Of a stretch of 64,000 nucleotides of DNA, positions 1 through 8,295 are shown piece after piece. Below the pieces are notes generated by a model that was given only the letters and a program-made list of their open reading frames with translations, did no database searches and was not told the DNA's origin. This stretch comes from an uncultured delta proteobacterium. Lineage in GTDB: Bacteria; Desulfobacterota; Syntrophia; Syntrophales; UBA2192. The stretch lies in contig CAVPJD010000009.1 in NCBI GenBank assembly GCA_963705165.1, forward strand, positions 69,666 to 133,665, written 5' to 3'. The translations under genes were made by a program, and so were the position numbers. Position 1 is the stretch's first letter, and every line of letters begins with the position of its first letter.

Positions 1-1083
1 TGCTACGGGGCGCTTGCGCGACGCATCCCCGAGTCCGGAGGCGAGTACCTCTTTCTTTCCCGCACCCTGCACCCGGCGGCGGGATACGTCGCGGGGTGGC
101 TTTCGCTCCTGGTCGGGTTCTCGGCCCCGCTTGCTGCCGCGGCCTTCGCCTTCGGCGCCTACGCAAAACCATGGCTCGGGGGCATCCCGTCCGCCCTGGC
201 CGGTTCAACCCTGATTCTTGCCTTTGCGGCCGTTCATGCCGTCGAGGTCCGACGAGGCGCATTGGTGCAGAATTGGGCGGTCCTCGTCAAGGTCGCCCTG
301 ATCGTCGCCTTTGTCGCATTTGCCGCCTGCAGGATCGGACTGCCGGCGGCACCTCCCGATCCCCCCTTCCCCGTTGCCGCCTTCGGGGTCTCGCTCATCT
401 GGATCTCCTTCAGCTATTCCGGCTGGAACGCCGCGGTCTACGTCGCAGGCGAGGTGCGCAACCCGGGGAAGACAATCCCCCGGGCGCTGATCCTCGGCAC
501 GGCACTGGTCACGCTTCTTTACCTGGGGCTCAATGCCGTGTTCGTCTTTTCCGCCCCCATTGCCGAGCTGGCCGGGAAGCTCGAGATTGGCCGGATCGCG
601 GCCCGGGCAGTGGGCGGGGCCTTCCTTGAGGAGGCCGTGGCGGGGCTGATCGCCCTTGCGCTGATCAGCAGCGTCTCGTCGCTCGTGATGGCGGGGCCCC
701 GCGTCTATGCACAGATGGCAACCGACGGCTATCTGCCCCGATGGCTTGCTGCAACTTCGGGCCCCCCGAGGGCGGCCATCGCCTTGCAGGCGGGGCTTGC
801 CCTTTTCTTTCTCTGGAGCGCCACCTTTGATGCGCTTCTCACCTGGATCGGGTTCACCCTCGGCATCAGCACGGCGGCAACCGTGGCGGCCCTGATCGTT
901 TTGCGAAAACGGGAAGGAAAAACACTGGCGGTGCCTGGCTACCCCGTTGTCCCCGGGCTCTTTCTGGCCGGCGTTGCTGCCATGACGGCCTTCACCGTGA
1001 TGCAAAGGCCGATGGAGAGCCTCGTGGGGTTCGCCACGATCGCAGCGGGACTCGTGGCGTGGGGAATCCAGAAGAAGAAGTGA
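1..1083 (+). CDS. Amino acid permease, APC superfamily (5'-partial; open from window start)
   Basis: Frame 1 is open from nt 1 (CYGALARRIPESGGEYLFLSRTLHPAAGYVAGW...). It runs into track ORF 262..1083. It contains many hydrophobic TM stretches and ends at TGA 1081-1083. The family call is from recalled APC permease motifs. Confidence 0.8.
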   Translation, partial: CYGALARRIPESGGEYLFLSRTLHPAAGYVAGWLSLLVGFSAPLAAAAFAFGAYAKPWLGGIPSALAGSTLILAFAAVHAVEVRRGALVQNWAVLVKVALIVAFVAFAACRIGLPAAPPDPPFPVAAFGVSLIWISFSYSGWNAAVYVAGEVRNPGKTIPRALILGTALVTLLYLGLNAVFVFSAPIAELAGKLEIGRIAARAVGGAFLEEAVAGLIALALISSVSSLVMAGPRVYAQMATDGYLPRWLAATSGPPRAAIALQAGLALFFLWSATFDALLTWIGFTLGISTAATVAALIVLRKREGKTLAVPGYPVVPGLFLAGVAAMTAFTVMQRPMESLVGFATIAAGLVAWGIQKKK

Positions 1084-1093
1084 ATGAAGTGTT

Positions 1094-1167
1094 TGAGTGA
1101 ATAAGTGTATGAGTGAAGAAAATGAGAAGAAATCATTCATTCCATCACTCAGACACTTAGACACTCA
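1094..1167. repeat. Imperfect inverted repeat built from TGAGTGA/TCACTCA heptamers (25-nt arms, 24-nt loop); probable terminator-like hairpin after the permease
   Basis: Left arm is TGAGTGAATAAGTGTATGAGTGAAG (1094-1118). Right arm is CATCACTCAGACACTTAGACACTCA (1143-1167). The reverse complement matches at 21 of 25 positions by hand alignment. Confidence 0.55.
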
Positions 1168-1212
1168 GTCACTCAGGCACTATTTATCTCAGCTCATGCA
1201 GGAGGCACTGGC

Positions 1213-1917
1213 ATGAAAACCGGTCAAAAACTGGACAGGCGAGAATTCCTTGAACGGGCTGGCGGTTTGGCTGGACTGTTGGCGTTGGGAGCACTCGCAT
1301 CGCCTGCCCTGGTTCAGGCGGGCGATACCGGCCGTCAGCCGGTCAAGGGGGACCCGGCCCGTACCCGGAAGATTCTGGACGAGATGGAATCGAAGATCGG
1401 CCGTTACTGGAGCACCCCCCGTAAGGATGCCGAATTTCTCAATCTCATGGTGAAGGCAACCCGTGCAGTCAATGTCCTCGAAGTGGGTACGTCCCAGGGT
1501 TACTCGGCGATCTGGATGGGGCTTGCCCTGGAAGAAACGGGTGGCCGGCTGACGACGATCGAAATCGACACGGGACGCCACGCACTGGCGCAAAAAAATG
1601 TCAGGGAGGCAGGGCTTGCCGGGCGGGTCACGCTGATCCGGGGAGATGCCCACCGGGAGATTGCGGGGCTCAAGGGTCCTTTCGATTTCGTGTTCCTCGA
1701 TGCCGACAAGGAAGGGCAGATGGATTATTTCAAAAAGATCTACCCGGAGAATCTTACCCGGGGCGGGATGATCGCCTTACACAACGCCATCTCCGAGGCC
1801 GCCGACATGACAGATTATACAGACATGATCCGCAGGCACCCCGATTTCGACACGGTCGTCGTCAGCGCCACGATGGGGGACGGCATCTGTCTGAGTTATC
1901 GCCATCGGGCTGCGTGA
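1213..1917 (+). CDS. Class I SAM-dependent O-methyltransferase (family 3, caffeoyl-CoA OMT-like) with an N-terminal twin-arginine signal
   Basis: N-terminus is MKTGQKLDRREFLERAGGLAGLLALGALASPALVQAG, with an RREFL Tat motif followed by an h-region and AxA-like site. SAM motif I is VLEVGTSQGYSAIWMG, and FDFVFLDADKEG is present. A GGAGG RBS lies upstream of ATG 1213. Confidence 0.75.
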   Translation: MKTGQKLDRREFLERAGGLAGLLALGALASPALVQAGDTGRQPVKGDPARTRKILDEMESKIGRYWSTPRKDAEFLNLMVKATRAVNVLEVGTSQGYSAIWMGLALEETGGRLTTIEIDTGRHALAQKNVREAGLAGRVTLIRGDAHREIAGLKGPFDFVFLDADKEGQMDYFKKIYPENLTRGGMIALHNAISEAADMTDYTDMIRRHPDFDTVVVSATMGDGICLSYRHRAA

Positions 1918-1932
1918 CTGAAAGACTTGCAT

Positions 1933-1965
1933 AAAAAGCCCCTCGCTCCGGAGAGGCTTTTTATT
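1933..1965. terminator. Bidirectional rho-independent terminator between convergent genes
   Basis: The sequence AAAAAGCCCCTC-GCTCCG-GAGAGGCTTTTTATTT forms an 8-bp stem with one mismatch. It is flanked by an A-run and a T-run. Confidence 0.6.
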
Positions 1966-1981
1966 TCATGTCCGGATCAGA

Positions 1982-3475
1982 TCAGAACTTCATGATGTTC
2001 GGGGCGTCGCCCCCGGGGCTCACACGCCCTTTCTTCCCCACGAATTCCTCCTTCTCCATGGCCCGGAACAAATCGGGGTCCTTCCCGGTCATGGCCCAGC
2101 AACGCTCGCCATTCTCCAGGCGGGCGACGAGGACCGCGTAGTCGGGCTCGCCCTTGCGGTCGTGCATGACCGTGTAGGCCTCCACCGTGGCCGTGCCCTT
2201 CGGGGCCATGTTCAGCGTCGGTGCCTGCCGGGCTTCGAGTTTCTTTTGAAGTCCCGCCTGGCCCTTGCGGTCCCAGGGCCGGCCAGGCTCCTGCCCGCTG
2301 TAAATACCAGCCGAAAACTTGGTGAAGTACCAACCCAGGGCGGAGATGAAGGCGAACGCTTCGGGACGATTCCTCAATCTTTCCACGGCCTCTACAATGG
2401 CGTGCAGGGTGTAGCTGTTCCCGGGGCCGCCGAAGTAGGCAAGCCCCCCCGTAATGGTCAGAGGCGGGAGCTTTTCGAGGTCCAGGCCAAGCTCGCGGGC
2501 CTGCAGCAGGGTGGCGCTGGGGAAGCAGCTGTAGAGATCGAAGAGAGCCATCTCGCCGATTTCCCTGCCCGCCATCGAGAGACATGCGGAGGACACCTCG
2601 CGCACCACCGGGCTCGAGTTGAAATCGCTGCGCTCCGAGAGAAACCACTTGTCCGTGCCATCGGCCCCGCCGTGGAGGTAGACCCACTTGTCTTTAGGGA
2701 TTCCGAGCTTTCTGGCCGTGTCGGTTCCCATCATGACGGCGGCGGCGGCCTGGTTGACGTTCATGATGGGGTTCATGTACTTCGTGTAGGGAAAGTTCAC
2801 CATCCGGTTTCGCTGCGTCACGGTCCCGATCTCGTCTCCCGTCCGGGCCTTCCGGAACCACGCGCGGGGGTTTTCCGAGGCGATCTTCGAGAACCCCGCG
2901 CAGTACTCGGCAAGAAAGGCCCGGTTTTCATCGATGCTCATCCCCCGGGCAGCCCGTAATGCATTCTCGTAGAGGGGGTAGATCTCGAGGGGATAGCGGG
3001 CGTGGTGCAGCATCTCGTGCGGCGTGGAGCCCCACCGCGTATCGCCCACCATCTCGAGGCCTCCCGAGGCGGCCAGATCCTGCAGCCAGTTGTCGCGCGT
3101 CTCGGGCGGGGCGTTGTGCATGGCCTCGGCCCCCACGAGAACCGCAACGGAGATCTCGCCCCGGGCGATCCGGTCTGCCGTCCGGTTGACGAGCCACTGG
3201 GGCGTGTTGCCGCCGATCGCCGTGTATTCGCGGACGCGCGGCTGAATCCCCAGCATCTCGCAGAAAAGCCCCGCCGGGTCCGCATAGCCGTGCGAGAACA
3301 TGTTGATGACGGTCACCGTGTCGGCATGGCCGAGGACAGCGGGACAGCGGCAGTCCTCCACGGCGGATTCCACGGCGATCTTCCCCAGCTGCAGGGGATG
3401 CAGGAAATCGGAATGCTCTTCGGGATGGTAGGTGATCTGTCCGATGCCGACGATCACCGGATGGACGACAGGCAT
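1982..3475 (-). CDS. Thiolase-like protein (acetyl-CoA acetyltransferase family) with a C-terminal OB-fold-like extension
   Basis: Track ORF 1982..3520. An internal ATG at 3475 (MPVVHPVIVGIGQ...) is preceded by an AGGGGGGAG RBS. Thiolase-like blocks are VIVGIGQ, LVGAEAM, DLYSCFP and GGLAYFGGPGNSYTLH. Confidence 0.7.
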   Translation of the reverse strand: MPVVHPVIVGIGQITYHPEEHSDFLHPLQLGKIAVESAVEDCRCPAVLGHADTVTVINMFSHGYADPAGLFCEMLGIQPRVREYTAIGGNTPQWLVNRTADRIARGEISVAVLVGAEAMHNAPPETRDNWLQDLAASGGLEMVGDTRWGSTPHEMLHHARYPLEIYPLYENALRAARGMSIDENRAFLAEYCAGFSKIASENPRAWFRKARTGDEIGTVTQRNRMVNFPYTKYMNPIMNVNQAAAAVMMGTDTARKLGIPKDKWVYLHGGADGTDKWFLSERSDFNSSPVVREVSSACLSMAGREIGEMALFDLYSCFPSATLLQARELGLDLEKLPPLTITGGLAYFGGPGNSYTLHAIVEAVERLRNRPEAFAFISALGWYFTKFSAGIYSGQEPGRPWDRKGQAGLQKKLEARQAPTLNMAPKGTATVEAYTVMHDRKGEPDYAVLVARLENGERCWAMTGKDPDLFRAMEKEEFVGKKGRVSPGGDAPNIMKF

Positions 3476-3569
3476 GAGCGACTCCCCCCTTTCAGACCCT
3501 GACCGGAACCTCTCTACCACGTGCAGGCGGCTCGATCAAGACCGCAACGGAAAAAATGCACGGGGCGGC

Positions 3570-3914
3570 TCAGCGGGCGAGGGGGCCGTTGGCAAGCAGG
3601 TGCAGCTGCCAGGAGATGACGCCCACGAAGAGCAGGGCCGTGCCGGCAAGGATCATCCGGAAGATCCTTAACCGGCTGTAGAGACAGATCAGGACGAGCA
3701 GGGAGGAGACGGCAGTCACTTTCCAGATCCAGAAACGGTCGCCGTAGGCGTCGATGGCCGCCCGGACCACCGGGTTGCACTCGGTGCCCCCCGTGGCGAG
3801 GATCACCTGCGTGAAGATGACATCGAGGATGTTCAGCCCGGCCACCAGGACGACAAGCGAAACGAGCCCGACGCCGTATTCAAACTGATGCAGGTCTTCC
3901 CTGGATGCCTTCAT
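3570..3914 (-). CDS. Small integral membrane protein (DUF5658-like, recalled from the E-x-NP motif)
   Basis: Track ORF 3570..3923, with ATG at 3914 preceded by AGGGTG. There are three hydrophobic helices and the motif GGTECNPVV. Confidence 0.5.
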   Translation of the reverse strand: MKASREDLHQFEYGVGLVSLVVLVAGLNILDVIFTQVILATGGTECNPVVRAAIDAYGDRFWIWKVTAVSSLLVLICLYSRLRIFRMILAGTALLFVGVISWQLHLLANGPLAR

Positions 3915-4081
3915 CGGTTTCACCCTGTTTATTTAATCGGGTAATCCGGTCAAGACCTTGAGATCTTCTTTCCGTATAAATCTCTTAACATCCGAGCGGA
4001 TAGAATTTCCAAAAATATTTTGCGGGTTATATTCCATCGGATATCAAACGGCAGGCCGTCATGTTGTCCCGGAAATTCTCA

Positions 4082-4127
4082 TTGACAGGAAGACTTTATT
4101 TTCATATCTCAACAATTGATATATCAA
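4082..4127 (+). promoter_or_regulatory. Candidate marR promoter (TTGACA at 4082-4087) plus a 12-bp perfect palindrome TTGATATATCAA (4116-4127), a possible MarR operator
   Basis: The palindrome was read directly from the sequence. It lies 34 nt upstream of the MarR ATG at 4161. No binding data are available. Confidence 0.35.
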
Positions 4128-4160
4128 ATATTATACTATCAACCAAACGGGCAGGATCTC

Positions 4161-4586
4161 ATGCAGGATGACAGGCTGATATACATGCTCGCCATGGCTC
4201 ATCTGGCCGTGAGGGCTCACATCGGCAGCGAGTTCCTGAAAGAGGGGGTCAAGGTCACCTTGCCCCAGGCGACAGTTCTCTTTCTTCTGCAGGAAAAGGA
4301 CGGGCGGATGCTGTCCGAAATCGGCCAGGTGATCGGTGTGGACAACTCTGCCGTCACGGGTCTTGCCGATCGGATGGAGAAGGCGGGTTACGTCACCCGG
4401 GAAACCAAACCAGGGGACCGCAGGGTCTGGCACCTCCACCTCACGCCGAAAGGCAGGGGCGAGGCTCAAAAGGCATCCGGTGTCGTCGGTCGGGTGAATG
4501 CGGAGGCCAGAGCAGGTTTCTCCGCGAAGGATATCGACGCATTCAAGCGTGTGCTGAAAGGTTTCTCCGAAAAATTCAGGAAATAA
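4161..4586 (+). CDS. MarR family transcriptional regulator
   Basis: Winged-HTH block: LSEIGQVIGVDNSAVTGLADRMEKAGYVTRETKPGDRRVWHLHLTPKG. ATG 4161 lies within track ORF 4116..4586. Confidence 0.85.
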   Translation: MQDDRLIYMLAMAHLAVRAHIGSEFLKEGVKVTLPQATVLFLLQEKDGRMLSEIGQVIGVDNSAVTGLADRMEKAGYVTRETKPGDRRVWHLHLTPKGRGEAQKASGVVGRVNAEARAGFSAKDIDAFKRVLKGFSEKFRK

Positions 4587-4605
4587 CCCATGCCGGGAGG
4601 TGAAT

Positions 4606-5379
4606 ATGGAAAAGGAGCAGATCCGAAAATACGGCCAGGACCTCGGGGTGGATGCCGTCGGCTTTGTCGCCCTCGAGGACTACAAATCCCCCAAGTCGCC
4701 GGACCCGAAAAGCTATCTGCCGAAGGCACGAACCATCATCGTGCTCGCCCACCGTATGATCGACGGGGCCCTCGACAGCAAGAATCCGCGGTTCAACATC
4801 GCGGGCCGCATGGCGGTGATGGACACCTCGAAGAGCCACCTCTACCTCATGGCCCGTCTCATCGAGGGGCGGACGGGAAAGAAGGCCTCGCCGATCCTCT
4901 CCTCGTACCCCCTCGACATGGAGGCCCCGACGCTGGGCCTTGTGGGCGACATCTCACTGAGGCACGCGGCTGTTGCATCGGGCCTCGGCGTCTTCGGCCG
5001 GCACAACCTCACGATCCACCCTCGCTTCGGGTCCCGGCTGAGCTTCACGGGGCTCCTCACGGAGCTTCCTCTCGCCTCGGATGAGCCCCTCAAGGAAGAG
5101 CTGTGCAACGACTGCGGCCTCTGCGTCGATGCCTGCCCGGGGAAGGCGCTCGAAACGGAGGGGCAGAACGGAAGACTGAAGTGCCTGAAGGCGTCCCAGC
5201 CCTTCGGGATCCCGGGCCTGTACGGCTATCTCCGGAAGTTCATCGGGAAAACGCCGGAGGAACAGCAGGCGCTCCTCAAGGACCCGATGCTCATGAGCCT
5301 CTATCAGGCATCCTTCATCGGCTTCCAGTACACCTGCTTCAACTGCATCGCCGTCTGCCCCATCGGCGAGATGTGCTGA
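4606..5379 (+). CDS. 4Fe-4S dicluster protein, epoxyqueuosine-reductase/reductive-dehalogenase-like
   Basis: Two ferredoxin-type motifs are present: CNDCGLCVDACP and CFNCIAVCPIG. A GGGAGG RBS sits 5 nt before ATG 4606. The gene starts 20 nt after marR, so it is probably co-transcribed. Confidence 0.6.
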   Translation: MEKEQIRKYGQDLGVDAVGFVALEDYKSPKSPDPKSYLPKARTIIVLAHRMIDGALDSKNPRFNIAGRMAVMDTSKSHLYLMARLIEGRTGKKASPILSSYPLDMEAPTLGLVGDISLRHAAVASGLGVFGRHNLTIHPRFGSRLSFTGLLTELPLASDEPLKEELCNDCGLCVDACPGKALETEGQNGRLKCLKASQPFGIPGLYGYLRKFIGKTPEEQQALLKDPMLMSLYQASFIGFQYTCFNCIAVCPIGEMC

Positions 5380-5421
5380 AAATCTGAACGGTTTGCAGCG
5401 GGGCAAAATACGCCAAAAATG

Positions 5422-5450
5422 AAAGCCCCTCTCGCCGGAGGGGCTTTTTG
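5422..5450. terminator. Bidirectional rho-independent terminator
   Basis: AAAGCCCCTC-TCGCCG-GAGGGGCTTTTT forms a perfect 10-bp stem. It has an A-run upstream and a T-run downstream, and sits between convergent genes. Confidence 0.7.
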
Positions 5451-5476
5451 CGTTCAGATCGGTGGGGGCTTTGCGA

Positions 5477-5995
5477 TCAGTGAGCTCTCGTCTGCTTGCC
5501 TGCCTTTCGCCTGCGCATCCTTCTCAGCAATCGGACCCAGGGGCTCCATCGGGACTGTTTCACACACCCGCCGTGGAGCGCCCGTTCGACCCGGTCAAAG
5601 GCATCCTCGATCAGGGCGTCATGCATAGGTCCGATCAGGACGCGCCACTTCGCCCACATCCGGAGATCGCAGTCGGCATCGACGACATGTCTGATAACGG
5701 CACAGTCCCGCCGGGGAACCACTTCAAAAAAATGCCGGCCGTCGAGGCCGCCGGTGAGACCGTCGCCGTCAAACTGGAACACGACCCTGCGGCCCGGCAT
5801 ATACTCCGTCACGCGGTATCGCACGGGGCCGTGGCCGCCTCTGGCCCCTTCCCGGAGCGCGGTGTCGAACTGCATCGGGGGCCAGTTGTCCCCGGGCCAC
5901 AGTTGATCGGCGGGTCCGGAAAGTGTGTCGAGGGTTGCCCCGACATCGGTAACGGATGCCTGAATTTTCCTTTCGTGCCTGTTGTATATCTTCAT
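5477..5995 (-). CDS. SRPBCC (START/polyketide-cyclase-like) family protein
   Basis: Track ORF of 172 aa. Its start overlaps the TetR stop (ATGA at 5992-5995). The family assignment is from overall sequence character only. Confidence 0.5.
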   Translation of the reverse strand: MKIYNRHERKIQASVTDVGATLDTLSGPADQLWPGDNWPPMQFDTALREGARGGHGPVRYRVTEYMPGRRVVFQFDGDGLTGGLDGRHFFEVVPRRDCAVIRHVVDADCDLRMWAKWRVLIGPMHDALIEDAFDRVERALHGGCVKQSRWSPWVRLLRRMRRRKAGKQTRAH

Positions 5996-6579
5996 GTGTC
6001 TCCTCTTATGATGGCCAGATAGGTTTCACGAATGAGATCATCGACGATGCCGGGTGGCGGTTGCCCTTCCTGAAGGTGCTGCCTGACGGCCGCGAGCGGC
6101 ACATCGACGAGGGCAAAGGTGGCTCGGCGCAGCGTTTCTTTCGTGAGGCTCCCGAAACGCTTTTCCACAAAGGACCGGATTCCTGAATCCAGCTCCCGGG
6201 ACAGGTTTACAATTTGATCCCTCAGGTGCTCCGGCCAATCCCCGGAGAGCAGATCTTCACGCCGGTACAGGAGCAACAAGCGGCCCTCGTTCGGGTGCTC
6301 GCGAACCCAGTTCACGGTGTGAAGCGATGCAAGAAGCCCGTTGCACGCCAGGGCCGCGAGAAATCCCTGCTGAAAGGACTCCACAACCCTGATCCACATC
6401 TCCGCAAGAAGCACATCACGGGATGGAAAACGGTGATAGACGGAGCCAATCGGGGCCTTCATGCCGCTTGCCAGTGCCGCAACCGTGAGGGCGCCAGGCC
6501 CTCTTTCGACGACCACCCTCAAGGCCGCATCCATGAATTCGTCGCGTTTGAAATGTGCTTTCCTTCCCATGATGAACAT
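5992..6579 (-). CDS. TetR/AcrR family transcriptional regulator
   Basis: The N-terminal HTH reads FMDAALRVVVERGPGALTVAALASGMKAPIGSVYHRFPSRDVLL. Candidate ATG starts are at 6579 and 6570. The gene is translationally coupled to the SRPBCC gene. Confidence 0.85.
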   Translation of the reverse strand: MFIMGRKAHFKRDEFMDAALRVVVERGPGALTVAALASGMKAPIGSVYHRFPSRDVLLAEMWIRVVESFQQGFLAALACNGLLASLHTVNWVREHPNEGRLLLLYRREDLLSGDWPEHLRDQIVNLSRELDSGIRSFVEKRFGSLTKETLRRATFALVDVPLAAVRQHLQEGQPPPGIVDDLIRETYLAIIRGDT

Positions 6580-6585
6580 CAATAC

Positions 6586-6601
6586 TAGAACATATATTCT
6601 A
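6586..6601. promoter_or_regulatory. Near-perfect 16-bp palindrome TAGAACATATATTCTA immediately upstream of the TetR start; candidate operator
   Basis: Read directly from the sequence. The 7-nt arms match at 6 of 7 positions. Confidence 0.35.
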
Positions 6602-6743
6602 ATTGCAAGAAAAATTTCATGTGAACTTTAACAGTTTAATTTAGATGGTTTACTGAGGTGGAAGCTCCATGATCGGCCCAGGCTATTGCAGATGAGCTCC
6701 GCGTCATGGAAAATGGAACGTGGACAGAGGGGGCAAGGAAAAA

Positions 6744-7670
6744 CTAAGTCGTGGCTTTCTTGGCCTGCCAGCGGGATTTGAAGAAGAAGTAGCCTACGAT
6801 GACAAACGTAGCCAGGGGCGTGAGCCACTCGGGCACGTGGTACCGGAAGCCGTGGGCGAGCATCACGCAGCCCAGGACGAAGACGGAGTACATGGCGCCG
6901 TTTTTGAGGTAGACGTATTTCTTGATCCTGTCCACGCCGTAGACCGTGAGCTGCCGGACTACGATGGCGCCGATCCCGTTTCCCAGCAGGATCAGGGGCA
7001 CCGACAGGGTGAAGGCGAAAGCCCCCACGACGCCGTCGATGGAAAAGGTCAGGTCGATCACCTCCAGGTAGAGGATCTTGCCGATGTCGGACATGTGCGC
7101 TTCGCCGGAAAGCATGCGCGCCTCCTGCTCCTCGGCGTAGCGCTTGAAGCCGTGGGTGATGAAGAAGGCCGACGAGCCCACGACGGCCCCGAAGGCCAGC
7201 ATCGGGCTGTCGTCCAGGGCATGCCAGACGATGACAGCAAGCGCAATCGAGACGACGGCGTAGAACCAGGCCCCCTGGCGGGCGATGAAGCGCTCGCCGG
7301 GGAGCCCGTATTTTTTCGGCTCGAGAAAAATCCAGTGAAAGAAAAGAAAAACGAAAAAGACCCCGCCCCCCATGAGCAGGACGGGAGAGCTGTCCTGGAT
7401 GGCCTTGAGGGCTGCCGGGTCGCCGGTGAGACTCGCCGTAAAGGCATCCCAGGGCCCCAGACCCGGAGTCATGACCCAGACGATGAGCCAGGGCAGAACC
7501 CCGCGGACGAGGAAGACGGCAATAAAAATCCCCCAGGTGAGAAACCACCTTCTCGCACGGGCCTGCATGGTCTGCAGGACCTCGGCGTTGATGATTGCGT
7601 TATCGATGCTGGTGATCGACTCGAAGAGGGCCAAGCCAAGAACGATGAAGACGGCGGAGGTGATATCCAT
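6744..7670 (-). CDS. Integral membrane protein, DUF475/TerC-like
   Basis: A 308-aa polytopic membrane ORF. The motif FESITSIDNAIINAEVL and a second half with LTFSIDGVVGAFAFT resemble the TerC-superfamily duplication. Confidence 0.65.
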   Translation of the reverse strand: MDITSAVFIVLGLALFESITSIDNAIINAEVLQTMQARARRWFLTWGIFIAVFLVRGVLPWLIVWVMTPGLGPWDAFTASLTGDPAALKAIQDSSPVLLMGGGVFFVFLFFHWIFLEPKKYGLPGERFIARQGAWFYAVVSIALAVIVWHALDDSPMLAFGAVVGSSAFFITHGFKRYAEEQEARMLSGEAHMSDIGKILYLEVIDLTFSIDGVVGAFAFTLSVPLILLGNGIGAIVVRQLTVYGVDRIKKYVYLKNGAMYSVFVLGCVMLAHGFRYHVPEWLTPLATFVIVGYFFFKSRWQAKKATT

Positions 7671-7739
7671 TTTTGTTTTCCAGGTGTTGTTCAGAACAGT
7701 AACGGCACATGGAAAGGATAAGGGGCAACGCGTCGATCG

Positions 7740-8063
7740 TCAAGCCAAAAGACCTTTTCTCGCCGCCTTGAACCGGCTCACCATCCGCCGGAGAGCCGGC
7801 AAGAAGGACCATTCAGAGCCGAGGAGATCGCCCTTTCCCCCCGATATTGCACAAGAGGATTCCTCGAGGGCGCTGATCAGGACCATGCCGGGCTGGTCGA
7901 TAGAAAAGTCCTCGCCCGCCTGGATCAGATGATCCCCCGGAGTGCCCGTCTGGGTCAGCCACAAAACCCCTTTCCTGCACGAGACGACCCTGCCCGCAAC
8001 ATCCCTGTCCAGCCGGATCATCTCCTCGCGGCACAGCCTGTGTGTTTCCTCTGATTTCAGCAT
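7740..8063 (-). CDS. Small cytoplasmic protein, DUF2917-like
   Basis: Internal ATG 8063 (MLKSEETHRL...) lies within track ORF 7740..8147. The block VSCRKGVLWLTQTGTPGDHLIQAGEDF is recalled from the DUF2917 family. The gene is divergent from the MocR regulator. Confidence 0.45.
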   Translation of the reverse strand: MLKSEETHRLCREEMIRLDRDVAGRVVSCRKGVLWLTQTGTPGDHLIQAGEDFSIDQPGMVLISALEESSCAISGGKGDLLGSEWSFLPALRRMVSRFKAARKGLLA

Positions 8064-8295
8064 TGACCCCTCTACGTTTTGAGATGTGGTTGGACCGGCG
8101 GGCTTCTCTGCAAGTTCCACCGTTGACGGAATCGAGTATAGGCCCAACGAGGAAAGGACAACAGATTCAGCAATTGAATTTGTTTGGCAAACAGATGTGG
8201 ATTTTTACAACTGTTATGGTAATAAAACATTTCAACTGTGTCTTCCCGGTTTCTGCGGGGAACCCTATGATTCATTGCAAGAAAGGGATTTGGGC

